NCBI GenBank assembly: GCA_024679065.1
Contig: JAGIQG010000012.1
Location: forward strand, 25,854,001-25,918,000
Length of the DNA stretch: 64,000 nt
DNA from: Sphyrna mokarran
Taxonomy: Eukaryota
Direction: 5' to 3'
Shown here: piece by piece, positions 11,647-23,699 of the stretch
How positions within the stretch are numbered: position 1 is the first letter of the stretch
Layout of the letters: the number at the start of each line of letters is the position of its first letter
Notes under the pieces: generated by a model
Told to the model about the DNA's origin: nothing
Seen by the model: only the letters and a program-made list of their open reading frames with translations
The model's database searches: none
Translations under genes and position numbers: made by a program

Positions 11647-13224
11647 ACCACAAACCCAGTATTCTCTGTTAGCAGAACTCATGAGCTCCATACTAACATT
11701 TGGAGATCTTTGAAATGCTCATGAAATGAATAATCTCCCATTTAAACTCTGCTTGAAAACATTGCTCTTCTGAAGTTCATAAAACTGTCACAGCCATCAA
11801 AACACTACTTGAAAAAACTCACTGAACATAAGTACTCAAAAATCTGTCAAATTAAACCACAATTCAAAAATGTTTTCAAAACACCTTAGTCCTATTAACT
11901 GTAAATAAATCTGCCAGTTGAACAATGTTTATAGTTTCCTTGACAGTAAACAACCCCTGCTGAGATAAATCCATTAGACAATTTAGGAACAAAATTCCAT
12001 GATATAACTGAACAAAATAACTCCTCAGACCTCAACACAAAATAAGTTTGAAGTTCGCTAGCCATCTGTTCATTTCTTTCTAAGGCTCAGCTTGTAAACT
12101 TTTAATCAAAGAAATGAGGCGTTTTTTATTTCTTCCAAAAGGTCAAGGATGTCTGGCTTTTAAATTAATATAAAGAACAAAACACTGGGTCCAAATTACA
12201 CATTGATATATGTTCTCAATACTGCTGAATGCAGAAGAGGAGTTTATCCACTGGAGAAAATATTCTAATGCATCTGAACACTTACACAATGTTGGTCAAT
12301 TTAATGGTCATTTGCTTTTTAAGGACAGAATCTTATGATTAATCACTACATTAGAAATCTACTTAACATTTTATATAGCATCTAATTATAACATTAGAAG
12401 TTGACAAAACTTTTTAAACCTACTTGTCAAAATATTTTTTGAATTTAGAAAGGGCACCCCTCGAATTAAGTGCCCTGATATGTTTTACATACAGTTGAGG
12501 AACCCACCTGCCTCATTGAAAATCCCAAACTCAGGGAAATTCACAGATATTTCAAAGGATGAACCCAACATCATGTTTCCCGTGCTGATCAAAATGCTGG
12601 CCAGTGGAAATCAAGTGGAAAGTATAAATTTATGATCCTCCCTATCTGTTTTTGACAACCTGATAAATATTTGCCCAGTGTCAAAAAACTCCGGTCCTAT
12701 ATCTTCATACTTCCCAGTGAGTTTCAATGGATTGTGATCAGGAACTGATATTCATCCTTTCCTAACCTAGGGCAGGGCCTAAGACAATATTTAATCTTCT
12801 TATTTAGATCAATTACTGGAGCAGGGATTAAACCAGGTAATTTCCTACCTCCATTGTGATATTTTTTGTTTCATCTCACTCTCAATTTTTAATTATTTTG
12901 AATGTTGTCTTTTCTAGTATCTCAGTACACAGACTTTATATCATTCACAGACCAAGAAAGTACCCTGCTCCCAAATCACAGTTCTTATCCAATGTAATGC
13001 TGGTGCTACATGGCACAGGAGTGGGATGCCTAGCCTGACAGATCAATCATCTTTTACCTTTGGCCAGGCTGTAGACCATTTGTACCCAATTTACTCACAG
13101 AATGCTAATCCCAACTCTATTTTGCTGCTAAGGTGTCAATATCTGTGCTTGCTGCTATGAGTGTCAAATCAAGTGACAATACCTCTTCATTAGTATTATA
13201 TAACTGCTCCACCACTGGTGGGCA

Positions 13225-13447
13225 AATGCCAAGGCCCAAAGCTCTGGAATTCCTTCCCAATAACTTTCCACCTCTCTATCTTGCTTTCCTCATTTACACC
13301 ACTACTTAAAATATATCATTTTGATCAAGCTTTGGCTATCTAACCTAATATCTCCTCGTGTGACTCAGTGTCCTACATTCTTTAATAATCCCTCCGTAAA
13401 ACACCTGGAGACATTATGTTAAATGTGCTCTATAAATACATATTGTT
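13225..13447 (+). mobile_element. L2-type LINE 3' end
   Basis: ctctggaattccttccc...ttgatcaagctttgg...ctataaatac followed by a (ttg)n tail. The same family occurs at 33100-33500. Confidence 0.6.
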
Positions 13448-16225
13448 GTTGTGGTAGTGCTCCCTTTGTCCTCTTGGTTCTCTTGTGATCTGGCAGGTAA
13501 TAGTTCTTTCGTGTCTGATAACAGGCACTCAGAAAGGGACAGTTGGTTTAATGGAAGGTGGTATGGCTGAATAAGAGGCAATCTGTGGACACACCATCAG
13601 CAACTTGCTCATCATACCAGATAGCAGGATGAGAGTGTTCTGGGAGTAGAGAAAGGATACAAGGCACACCCACAATGTGCTTCATAGCATTGGTTGTCAT
13701 AGGCATCATGACAGCTGGAAACCATCTCCTTCAAAGGACTCGAGAGATGCAAGCTTCCTTCCCTCTTTCCAGTTTTGCTCCTTTCCCTTAAACTGTGTGA
13801 TACTTTGCTTTGCAAGAAAGAGGGCAGAAGATCAATGATATTGTAGAACTGTGTTTGTTATATATCTGCAAAAGCCAGAGGGATGTGGAGACATGACAGA
13901 TGGGTGTGAGGAAGATAGAATTGGTAAGTGTGTGAGTATGGTGGAATATTAGAATGTGGAGCATGAGTCCTGAGGGTCTTGGAGGGCTGCTGAGTTAGTA
14001 ATGGGCATGTGGTCCAATATGAGAGGCTGGTGAGAAAATGTCACATGAAGATGGCATTGACCACAGTGTAATGTTATTAAAGTTTCTTGCGGCACAGCTG
14101 CCAGATCCTTGGGTCCAGACTCTAGAATTTGACCTCTCTGGTCACCTTCATCTTTTCTGAGAGTGATCCTTAAGGTTCTTCTTGCTCCCACAAGCCCAGG
14201 GCATTCTCTTCCTCACACCACTTGTATCACTAACACCTCCAGTGCTGCATCAATCACTATGGATACCTCTCTCTGACCTGCTGTTAACTTTGAAAAAAAT
14301 TCCATTGTAGCAATATTGTTGAGTGCAGCTCCCTTTAAAATACAGACTGCCTTTAAGAAGAGCAGCTGGCTATATCTTGTGGTTTTCAAATAACACATGC
14401 GGGTCCTACTGCAGGCAGCATTCAGGGAGGATACCAGTGACTGTTCAACACAACAAGCATTTGGAAGAGATGGCTGTCACAGAGTTTGTGAATTGTGGCT
14501 CCATGCTCAAAAAATAGGCTAACAGATCCCCAAGATACCAGCTCAGTGTTTGGTCAACCGAAGCTTCCTGGTTCCTGCTGATGGAACCTGATTGGAAGAG
14601 GATGACCATTCATGTATAGATAAGTCATACAACCATTTTCACATTTAGCTATTGTTGATAAAATATGAGACTCTGAATGGGGATTACTGCTGTCTGCCAT
14701 TCCTCAGTTTTGAAGCCCAGATTTATCCATTGCCATCTTCACAATTATACAGTCAAAATGATTCTCAACAAGGAACAGTTACTTTAAAAGTTGTCTCTAT
14801 TTAAATCTTTGACATAAGTTTGTTCACATCACTTTAGAAAAGATTGAGGTATTAAAATATATACAGCAATGCATCTTTTACTGTCTTGAAGAAAATAAAT
14901 GACTGTGCCTTTGAATTTGAAGAAAAATATAGAGAATTGTCTAAGTAACTGCGTTATCTAATTGTAACTAATTTGTTCATCGTCTTTTACACAAGCAGGA
15001 ACTGAAAGATTGTGGACACAAGTGGTTCTAAATGTTGAACTCTGCACAGCTTACACCAAATATGAAATCTGCATCCACTATTAAACCTCAATGCAGTCGG
15101 GGAAAAAAGAGCAATGCTTTGCATTTTTCTTTCTGCAATGCTCAATTCTTAATTACTTTAATTAAATGCACCTTTCAATTAATCACAGCCCAAGATGTTG
15201 TCCAATGCACACTGGCTATAATGTTATATAATGCTTCCGAGTGTACAGAAACCGACATATGGAATTTCCTTTATGTCTCTGATTTCTTACAGGTATCAAG
15301 ACGTTTTGTGCCAAATTGAATCCTTTACCTTTGAACATGGTTACACAGTGTTGTCATGCAGCTGCACTTTTGTACTTCAAGAATCAGCCACCATTCACAA
15401 TGGTCTGGGTTATAAACAAAGCTGCAATTTTAATATTTGATTACTAAATAATAAACGAGGTTAATAAGCCCTTTCTATGTTAAAACAATCATGGAAAACA
15501 TGACCTTTTCATCAAGTAGATGCATTTGTCCAGTGTCCCATAACATATGGTTAGGCAGAACCCAAGTGAGATTGTTGTGGAGACATGGGCAAAGGTTCCC
15601 ATGAGACTGTGTATGTAGGAACAAATAATATTTCTATACCAATGGTAAATTGCCATCTCCCTCACAAGACTAAACTAGACATTATTGTTAGTAACAGATT
15701 GAGTAATTGAGCAACCACCTTGCTAAAACACATACAATAAGTGAAATCTCAAGCCCACTTTTGCTGTCCTTGGAAATGCCAGATCTGGCAAAACCCAGTA
15801 ACCATGGATCTTGTCGGCAAGATGACAATATCCGATTTTCACTGCCACTCAGCAGCGAAGTTATCAGATTTATGCTCACAACAGACACAAACCTAATTTT
15901 AAAGTATTTAAATGCATTCACATATCATTAAAGACCTTCCTTTCTATATATTGAGCCTGAGATGTACTTTAAAACCTCACTGACATGATGCCACCGTGGC
16001 ACATTTTACAACATGTTCACCCAGGCATGAACCTGCCATGGGATTCCCCAGGGAACATAGAGGTGAGTACAGTCCCAGGGGGAGAAGGATATTGCCAAGC
16101 AGTGCCCTAATAATGTCCCCTTACACTGCATGCACTGTCAGGTCACCCTATCATGTTTGGATCCCAGTGGCAGCCTCACTGGGGGAGAGGGGGTAGTCAT
16201 TTTGTTGTGGTGGTGGGGAGAGCAG

Positions 16226-18875
16226 ACAAACAAAGAACAAAGAACAAAACAGCACGGGAAACAGGCCCTTTGGCTCAACGAGCCTGCACCGCCACCTCGA
16301 TGTTCCACTTCTACCCATGATCCCTGTCTATGTTTATAGATCTATGGATTGAAACCAAATTTGAGACAATTTAGGGAGTATTTGTTCTGCCAATCAGCCT
16401 AACAGCACATCTTTGGTTTGTGGAAGAAAATCAGAGCACCCAGAGAAAACCCATGCAAGCACGGGGAGAATGCGCAACCTCCTACAGACACAGACCCAAA
16501 TCATGTATCTGCACAGCACAGCGATAGTCACTGAGCTGTCGTGTTGCCCATCAAATGGTTCAGGTCAAGCATACACTAACAACATGAAGCACTAGGATAC
16601 TCTCGAAAAAATCCAAGAGCAGCCCTCTTACAACCCATCGCATCTATGCGCCTTGTTAGACAACAAGGTGGACCAAAGTACCTGTAGGATAAAACAAATA
16701 CATCAATATCATTGACTATTTACACACTTCCCTGGGAACTCCCAAGACTCATGATCCCTATTTTAAATCAGTTTTCTATATCCCTCCATTCCCATTCTGT
16801 TCATGTGCCCATCTAAGTATCTCTTAAATAACTCCAGAGTGCCTGCCTCCACCACTTTACTTGGCAGCACTTACCATACCCCCACCATCCCCTGTGTGAA
16901 AAAACTCCCTCTAGCATCCAAATTATATCTTACCCACTCACCCTAAGCCCATGACCCCTCATGCTATTTGAGTCCATCCTTGGAAAAAGCTTAACCCCGT
17001 TTACTCTACTATACCCCTCATAATCTTGTACAACTCTATTAGATCTCCTCTAAGTCTACGTCTTTCTAAGGAAAACAGTCCCAATTTGCCTAACCTCTCC
17101 TCGTAACTCAGACCTTCCATACCAGGCAGCATCCTGGAAAACCTCTTCTGCACTCTCTCCAGAGTCTCCATGTCCTTCTGGTAGTAAGGCAACCAGAACT
17201 GGACGCAGTATTCCAAATGAGGTCTAACCAACGTTTTATACAACTGCAACATTAAAGGCCAACTCTTGTATTCTATACCCCTTCCTATAAAGGCTAACAT
17301 ACCATATGCTTTCTTCACAACCTTCTCCACCTGCTCTGCCACCTTCTGAGACTTGTGCACCTGCACCCCCAGGTCGCTCTGCGTTTCTATACTCTTAATA
17401 GGTTTACTTTTTATCATATACGTCCCCCCTACATTCTTTCTCCCGAAATGCATCACCTCGCATTTATCAGGATTGAATTCCATCTGCCATCTATCTGCCC
17501 AAGCTACCAGCCTATCTATGTCCTGCTGCATCGCCTGACAATGCTCTTCACTATCCACAATTCCAGCCATCTTTATATCGTTTGCAAACTTGCTGATCAC
17601 TCCACTTACTCCCTCTTCCAAGTCATTTATATATGTTATAAATAGAAGAGATCCCAGTACCGAGCCTTGCGGCACACCACTGGTGACCGACCTCCAGCTA
17701 GAAAAACACCCTTCCACTATTACTCTCTGTTTCCTATTATCAAGCCAGTTACTTATCCATCTAGCTACCTGTCTTTGTATCCCATGAGCCTTGACCTTTT
17801 CAACTAACCTCCCATGAGGGACTTTGTCAAACGCCTTACTGAAATCCATATAGATGACATTAACGGCTCGCCCTTCGTCAACCATTTTCGTCACCTCCTC
17901 AAAAAATTCTACCAGATTCGTAAAGCACGACCTCCCTTTAACAAAGCCATGTTGCGTATCCCTAATCAGATCGCAATGCTCTAAGTGCCTATACATCCTA
18001 TTTCTAAGAATCCCCTCCAACAGCTTCCCTACCACTGACGTCAAACTCACCGGCCTATAATTTCCAGGGTTATCCCTACGACCCTTTTTAAACAACGGTA
18101 CAACATTAGCTATTCTCCAGTCTTCTGGGACCTCACCTGTGTCCAAAGAAGAGACAAAGATTTGCGTCAGAGGCCCAGCAATTTCACCTCGCACCTCCCT
18201 AAGCAGCCTGGGATAAATGTCATCAGGCCCTGGAGATTTATCAGTTTTAATGCTACCTAGAAGCTCTAACACTTCCTCCCTTGGTATGGATATTTCCCTC
18301 AACTGGTCCACAGCTCCCTCAGAGACAGGACTGGTCAACAAGCCCCTCTCCTTCGTGAATACCGACGCAAAGTATTCATTCAGGATCTCCCCCATTCCCT
18401 CGGGCTCTAAGCACAGTTCCCCTCCTCTGTTCCTAAGAGGTCCGAATTTTCCTCTAACCACCCTTTTATTCCTAACATAGGAGTAAAAAGCCTTTGGATT
18501 TTCCTTAATCCTATCCACCAAAACCATTTCATGCCCTCTTTTTGTCCTCTAACTCCCCGTTTGAGCTGCCTCCTACTTCCAATATAGAGAAGAAGAATAT
18601 TCTCTCTATATTCCCAGCTGCTTACGCCTCTCTTTTCTTCCTAACCAAGACCTCAATATCCCTAGTAATCCACAGCTCTCTAATCCTCCCTTTCCCATCT
18701 TTCCTCTTAGCCAGCACATATCTTTCTTGCAACATTTTCAGTATTCCCTTGAAAGACTCCCACATGTCTAGCATGGACTTACCCTCGAACAACCGTTCCC
18801 AATCAGTTTCCATAAGATCCTACCTAATCCGACTGTAGTTAGCCTTCCCTCAATTCAGCACCCTCTCCTTAGGGC
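16226..18875 (-). mobile_element. CR1 subfamily B, 5'-truncated (RT domain, long 3' UTR with embedded V-SINE)
   Basis: The 508-aa ORF at 17001-18527 has [17 protein letters not shown] and GVPQGSVLG, with catalytic FADD mutated to FAND. The 3' UTR is homologous to 31038-31470 and ends in a (TTTGTTC)n tail. Confidence 0.95.
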
Positions 18876-20599
18876 AACAAGCTGTGGGAGGTGGGGATGC
18901 CAGTGATAGCCATTTGGGTGAGGGGTTGGTGAAAGGGGATATGATGGTGACAATGTTCAGGCGGAGGGACATTGTTGGGAGGAGTGAAGGAAAAGAGGTT
19001 TGCCAGCCTTGACTGTTTGGGGATGATGGGGGTGGGAGGGTTACAGTGCTAGCATTGCTAGATGTGAAGGGAAGGCAAATTCCAGTGGTTCACAGGCCCC
19101 TCGGTGAGGGAACCCACAGTGGAGGAACTGGATAATTCCGGTCTACCATTCAGATCCTATAATCAGAGCACATAAAGGGACTTGTTATTTAGCCAGTTAA
19201 ATTACAAGCCCAATCATTTCAGTTATTTACACATTAGGATAGCAACGACAAATGGTACATGGGTTTAGATGCATATATGGATCATAATCTTACTCATTCT
19301 GTTTGACATTTTCATAATCCTACTCATTCTGTTCAAAATTTAAGCTTTCAGTTTGCCATCTGGCAAACCTACGGCCTTTATCATCTAAGGACAGGGAAGA
19401 GCGAGTACATAGAAATAATCTCACCTTCAAGTTCTCCTCCAAATCACACACTATCCTGACTTGGTCATGTATTGTCGCACATTCCAAATTTCTGGAATTC
19501 TCTGCTTAACAACACTCTGAATACCTTCACCACACAGATGGCCACAATTTAAGAAAACAGTCCTGCTCCATCTGTTTGGGGTAATCAATTAATAAACAAT
19601 AAATTCTGCCCATGAAAGCGTTTCCCAAAACCTAAGAATGAGCATTGAAACAAAATCATGACACAATGATGTATGGTGTTTCTTTTCTTAAACAAACAAG
19701 GCGTGATTTTCCAAATATTTTTCCCTGGCCCTTCAATAATTCTTTGAGTTGTTGCTTGTTCAGCACTTTACTGCCGGATTTTCATCGTATGCTGTGCTGC
19801 AGCTGTTCTTCCTCATATCCTTCTGTTTCCTTTAACCAAACCAGTCACAAGTAGAAATATCCTATGATCAAGTGGGAATTTATTTAATATCTTGCAATTA
19901 TACATATAACTGATGTAATGTTTGGCCCTCTTGCTAATGTTCTGAACATACATGATTAATTCAAAAATACAATTGAATTTTTGATTGTTTTAAAATTCTA
20001 AAATCCTTTGATGATATTGCCCCCTTAGGAGTTAATTATTTAAAGGAGTGTGTAAATGTACAACTTGTTTTAATCACAGAGTTTTGAATTACATTTTGCC
20101 ATATCGTAATGCACAAATTACACGTTCCCTGTTGTGAACTAATAAGTTAGTATTCCTTCAGTCTGAGCCACGGAGAGGAAATTGTTCCATTTATAATAAT
20201 GCCGCATCACAACTTTACAATTTTTCAAAGCATTCATTTTGAAGTGTAATTATTTTTGTTATGGAGGCAATAACAGGAGGAAATGAGTATACATCAAGAT
20301 TTTACAAATTGAAAATGCAGCGAGTTAATTTTTATGTTCACTTAGACAGGTACGGGGATCTCATCAAAAAGGCACCAACGTTAATGCCAACTTCAACTTA
20401 AGAGAGTGCAAAATCGGGTATTATGAGCATTGGGTGAATTGAACCCATTCCTTTCTCGTCAAGTGAGTTAGGGTTAAAATCCAGGCTACAGTGCTATGTC
20501 GCTTCAGTATCACTTTGCTTTCAATCATATTTCACTTACCTATTTTCTCATCATACAGTATCTCTATCTCTGTCTTCATTTTGGATGACTTCACCAAGT

Positions 20600-20773
20600 A
20601 GCCTCTTAGGCTAATTGGCAAAACAAATTCTCCCTAAATTGTCTCAAATTTGGTTTTTAATCCATAGATCTATAAACAAAGACAGGGATCACGGGTAGAG
20701 GTGGGAACATCGGGGTGGCAGCACGGGCTCATTGGGCCGAATGGCCTGTTTCCCGTGCTGTTTTGTTCTTTGT
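20600..20773 (+). mobile_element. CR1 subfamily B extreme 3' fragment
   Basis: Reverse-complement match to 16236-16405, ending in gctgttttgttctttgt. Confidence 0.85.
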
Positions 20774-21699
20774 AATTATTTTAATTTTTATCTGTGCCAA
20801 ATACTGAAATATCTATTTCATATTTCAAGGTTAAGATGTTTTTGATAAACTCTTCAAACTTTGCTATTATGTTGAATGACATCTGCAAAAACTCTAGTCT
20901 GTATTTTAGTGTTTTTTTTCTGTGTCTTCAGAGGTTAGGCATAATTTCAATTTGTTCCCTAAGATTTTAAATAGTCTTCCTACTACAGAACAATCCTGTG
21001 TACATTTTTCACATTATCTCTTATTAGTTGATTGTTCAATATTTCTCTGTAGAAATGAGATATTTTGATAAGCGTGCGTCATTCTCTTTCTACTCTGTAA
21101 CTAGATCATACCCTCTTAAATCTGCATTCATCTCTCAGGATTCTACGCTCAACACAATGTTTTGCACTTGGGCAATGGAACAGAAGTTACATCTTATAGT
21201 AGAATACACGATCACAATATAAATTAAACATGTATTATCCCACACAGATTACTTATCTTCAAAACTAAAGCAATTTTTTGTACATAAAGAGATATTTTTG
21301 GAGTTTTGTTTTATGAACACATTAATTGATTCATATTACTGTAAACACAAAAAATATATCTTGTGCAGTGAGTAATTTTAAAGTAATTTTGTGAAAATTA
21401 ACACATCTATTTTAACCTAATCTGCTCATCAGGAAACAGATGGGAATGGGTACAATGCTCCTTTAACACCCCAATTTTACTCTTTAATAAGGTTGATGGC
21501 CAAGGGAATGTTCTGAATCACTGAAATTGGGAAACATTGAAGGGAAAAAACATTATAGGATTGGCCCCATTATATATCGGGCTTTAAGAGAACTGTGTGA
21601 GGTTTCTGAGAGAGGCAAACTGGGCACTCTACTGGAATGGTGGCTGATGCCAGAGTTCCCAGGAGCACAAAGCAGGTGGGCATTAAAGGTATGTCTGCA

Positions 21700-22015
21700 G
21701 TGACACCTGTGGGTATTATCATGGCATTGCTGTTGCCTCACAGTGCCAGGAACCTGGTGTTGATTTCAGCCTCAGGTGACTGTATGTGTAGAATTGGCAC
21801 ATTCTCCCTGTATCCATTTGGCTTTCCTCCGGGTATTCTGATTCCCTCCCACAGTCCAAAGATGTGCAGATTAGGTGGATTGACAATGGTAAATCTACAG
21901 GGTTACAGAAATAGGGTGGAAGTTTGGTGGGCCTGGGTAGGATGCTTTTTTTGGACAGTTGATGTAGACTTGCTGGGGCAAATGGCCTCCTTATGCACTG
22001 TAATGATTCTATATT
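21700..22015 (+). mobile_element. Decayed HE1-like V-SINE
   Basis: Degenerate tRNA head, V core (ttcctccgggtattctgattccctcccacagtccaaagatgtgc) and CR1-type tail. Confidence 0.75.
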
Positions 22016-22112
22016 AATGTGGTACTGCTAGGATCTTGGCCTGCGCACCTTTTAAAATACAATATTTGTAATACTTTGCATTTCATTTTACAGAAACGTG
22101 AAACAGAATGAT

Positions 22113-22406
22113 GGGGCAGCATGGTGGCATAATGGTTAACGCTGCTGCCCCACAGCACCAGGGATCTGAGTTCGATCCTGGCTTAGGTCACTGTCTGTGC
22201 GGAGTCTGCACGTCCTCTCTATGGATTTCCTCCAGGTACTCTGGTTTCCTACCACAGTCTGAAAGATGTGCTGGTTAGGTGCATTGGCCATACTAAATTC
22301 TCCCTCAGTATACCTAAACAAGCACTAGTGTGTGGCGGGATTTTCACAGTAACTTCACTGCAGTGTTAATGTAGGCCTATTTGTGACACTAACAATAAAC
22401 TAAACT
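22113..22406 (+). mobile_element. V-SINE variant with an alternative (non-CR1) tail
   Basis: A and B boxes, V core and tail cagtaacttcactgcagtgttaatgtaggcctatttgtgacactaa, shared with 47705-48000 and 54408-54915. Confidence 0.85.
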
Positions 22407-22925
22407 GGAAGTAACTTTGTTTCTCCTCACTCCCCAAAACCTCTTCTTGTCAGTTACTGAAAATGTTATTTTCTTGGTCAACCTTCACCATGGATTTGTA
22501 ACTTTTTGCTGAGGTTGCAAATATTTTATTATTGTTTCCTCTTCTTTCCCTCATGGAACTTCCTTAGTTTTTCCATTGTTTATGTAACCTAGGCCAGATG
22601 TGGACAAACCATGGCCCAGAGGGGTAATATTTGGCTGTGGGAACTTCTAATTCAGCCCACAGCTGCACCAGGAAAAGTGTGCAACCAGGTCAGCTGAGTA
22701 ACTGACACCAATGAACACAAGCAGATATTTTTATGAAACAAATGCACAAAAGCAACTGTTTCTGGTGCCTGGCCTATTGACTTCAGGAAGTACAATGTAA
22801 ATATTTTGCTGATTCTATGTTGAGCTCTGAGGGAGGTACTTCTAACCTACAGAAGTTCTTCTTGTTATTTTGGAGCGACCAATGATTAGAGGCCAGAGGT
22901 GAAGTTTTATTGGGGATTATGTCTT

Positions 22926-23142
22926 TCTTTACTCAAAGAGTGATTAGGGAGTGGAATGCCCTGCCTGCAGCTGTTGTAGATGCGCCAAGTTTGGTGGCGT
23001 TTAAGAGGTTAATTGATAAGTATATGGAAGAGAAGGGAATGGTTTAGTTTGGAGGGGCATTGCTTTTTATTTTGGTCGGCACAACATCGAAGGCCGAAGG
23101 GCCTGTTCTGTGCTGTATTGTTCTATGTTCTATGTTCTATGT
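22926..23142 (+). mobile_element. Young CR1 subfamily A, short 3' fragment
   Basis: Encodes FTQRVIREWNALPAAVVDAPS...EEKGMV* and ends in a (TATGTTC)n tail. Confidence 0.93.
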
Positions 23143-23149
23143 CACTATG

Positions 23150-23550
23150 TTAATACAAATGGAGACAAGATTGGACAAGGCAGCCAGAAAATATAAATTT
23201 AAGGAAATAGATGAAAGGTCACTGGAATAGCTTATTGGGAGCTCTGCACACCCCAAAGCACAAAAACATTTCATTGGAAAAGACAATCTCACAATAGCAG
23301 AATACATGAAGACATGAGTAGACTGATGAAGACATTGACCACCCAAATGGCTAGCTTTCAGTTAAGTCTAGAGGAAGGATGGATGCAGTGAAACAGCAAC
23401 AAACAAAAGTAAACCAAACAGAGACTCAGGAATGCAGGAGCTATGGATGATTGCATGAGTTCACAACTAGAAGAAAATGTCCTGCACATGGATAGAAATG
23501 TAGAGTTTGTGGAAAGTCAAATCATCGGGAAAAGACGAGCAGAACAAATA
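23150..23550 (+). mobile_element. Decayed Gypsy-type gag fragment
   Basis: Translates to AARKYKFKEIDERSLE*LIGSSAHPKAQKHFIGKDNLTIAE and, downstream, KCPAHG*KCRVCGKSNH. The latter is the CPA.G..C..CGK.NH zinc-knuckle signature of Gypsy gag. Confidence 0.65.
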
Positions 23551-23699
23551 AACTTTATGGTAAATGGATTATTAACGATCAAGAAACGGGGCAAATGAGA
23601 AAGGAAAAAAAAACAAAACATCCATAGCCTTGAAATAGCCTTGAAGATGACAACAATTTTGAAGATAAAGTAGGCTTGAAATCGTACAAAAACACAAGA

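Noticed and set aside
13500-14400. Possible Harbinger Myb/SANT relic (IDAALEVLV at about 14225-14260, minus strand)
   Set aside because: Only a short motif resembles the family, and no termini or continuous frame were found. A profile search is needed.
17001-18527. 508-aa ORF as a host gene or active RT
   Set aside because: It is a 5'-truncated CR1 ORF2 fragment with no endonuclease domain, a catalytic FADD-to-FAND change and a downstream frameshift.
19680-19840. Exon-like purine-rich minus-strand stretch (ETEGYEEEQLQ...)
   Set aside because: It has an in-frame stop, no FILIP1 similarity and no convincing splice-site pair.
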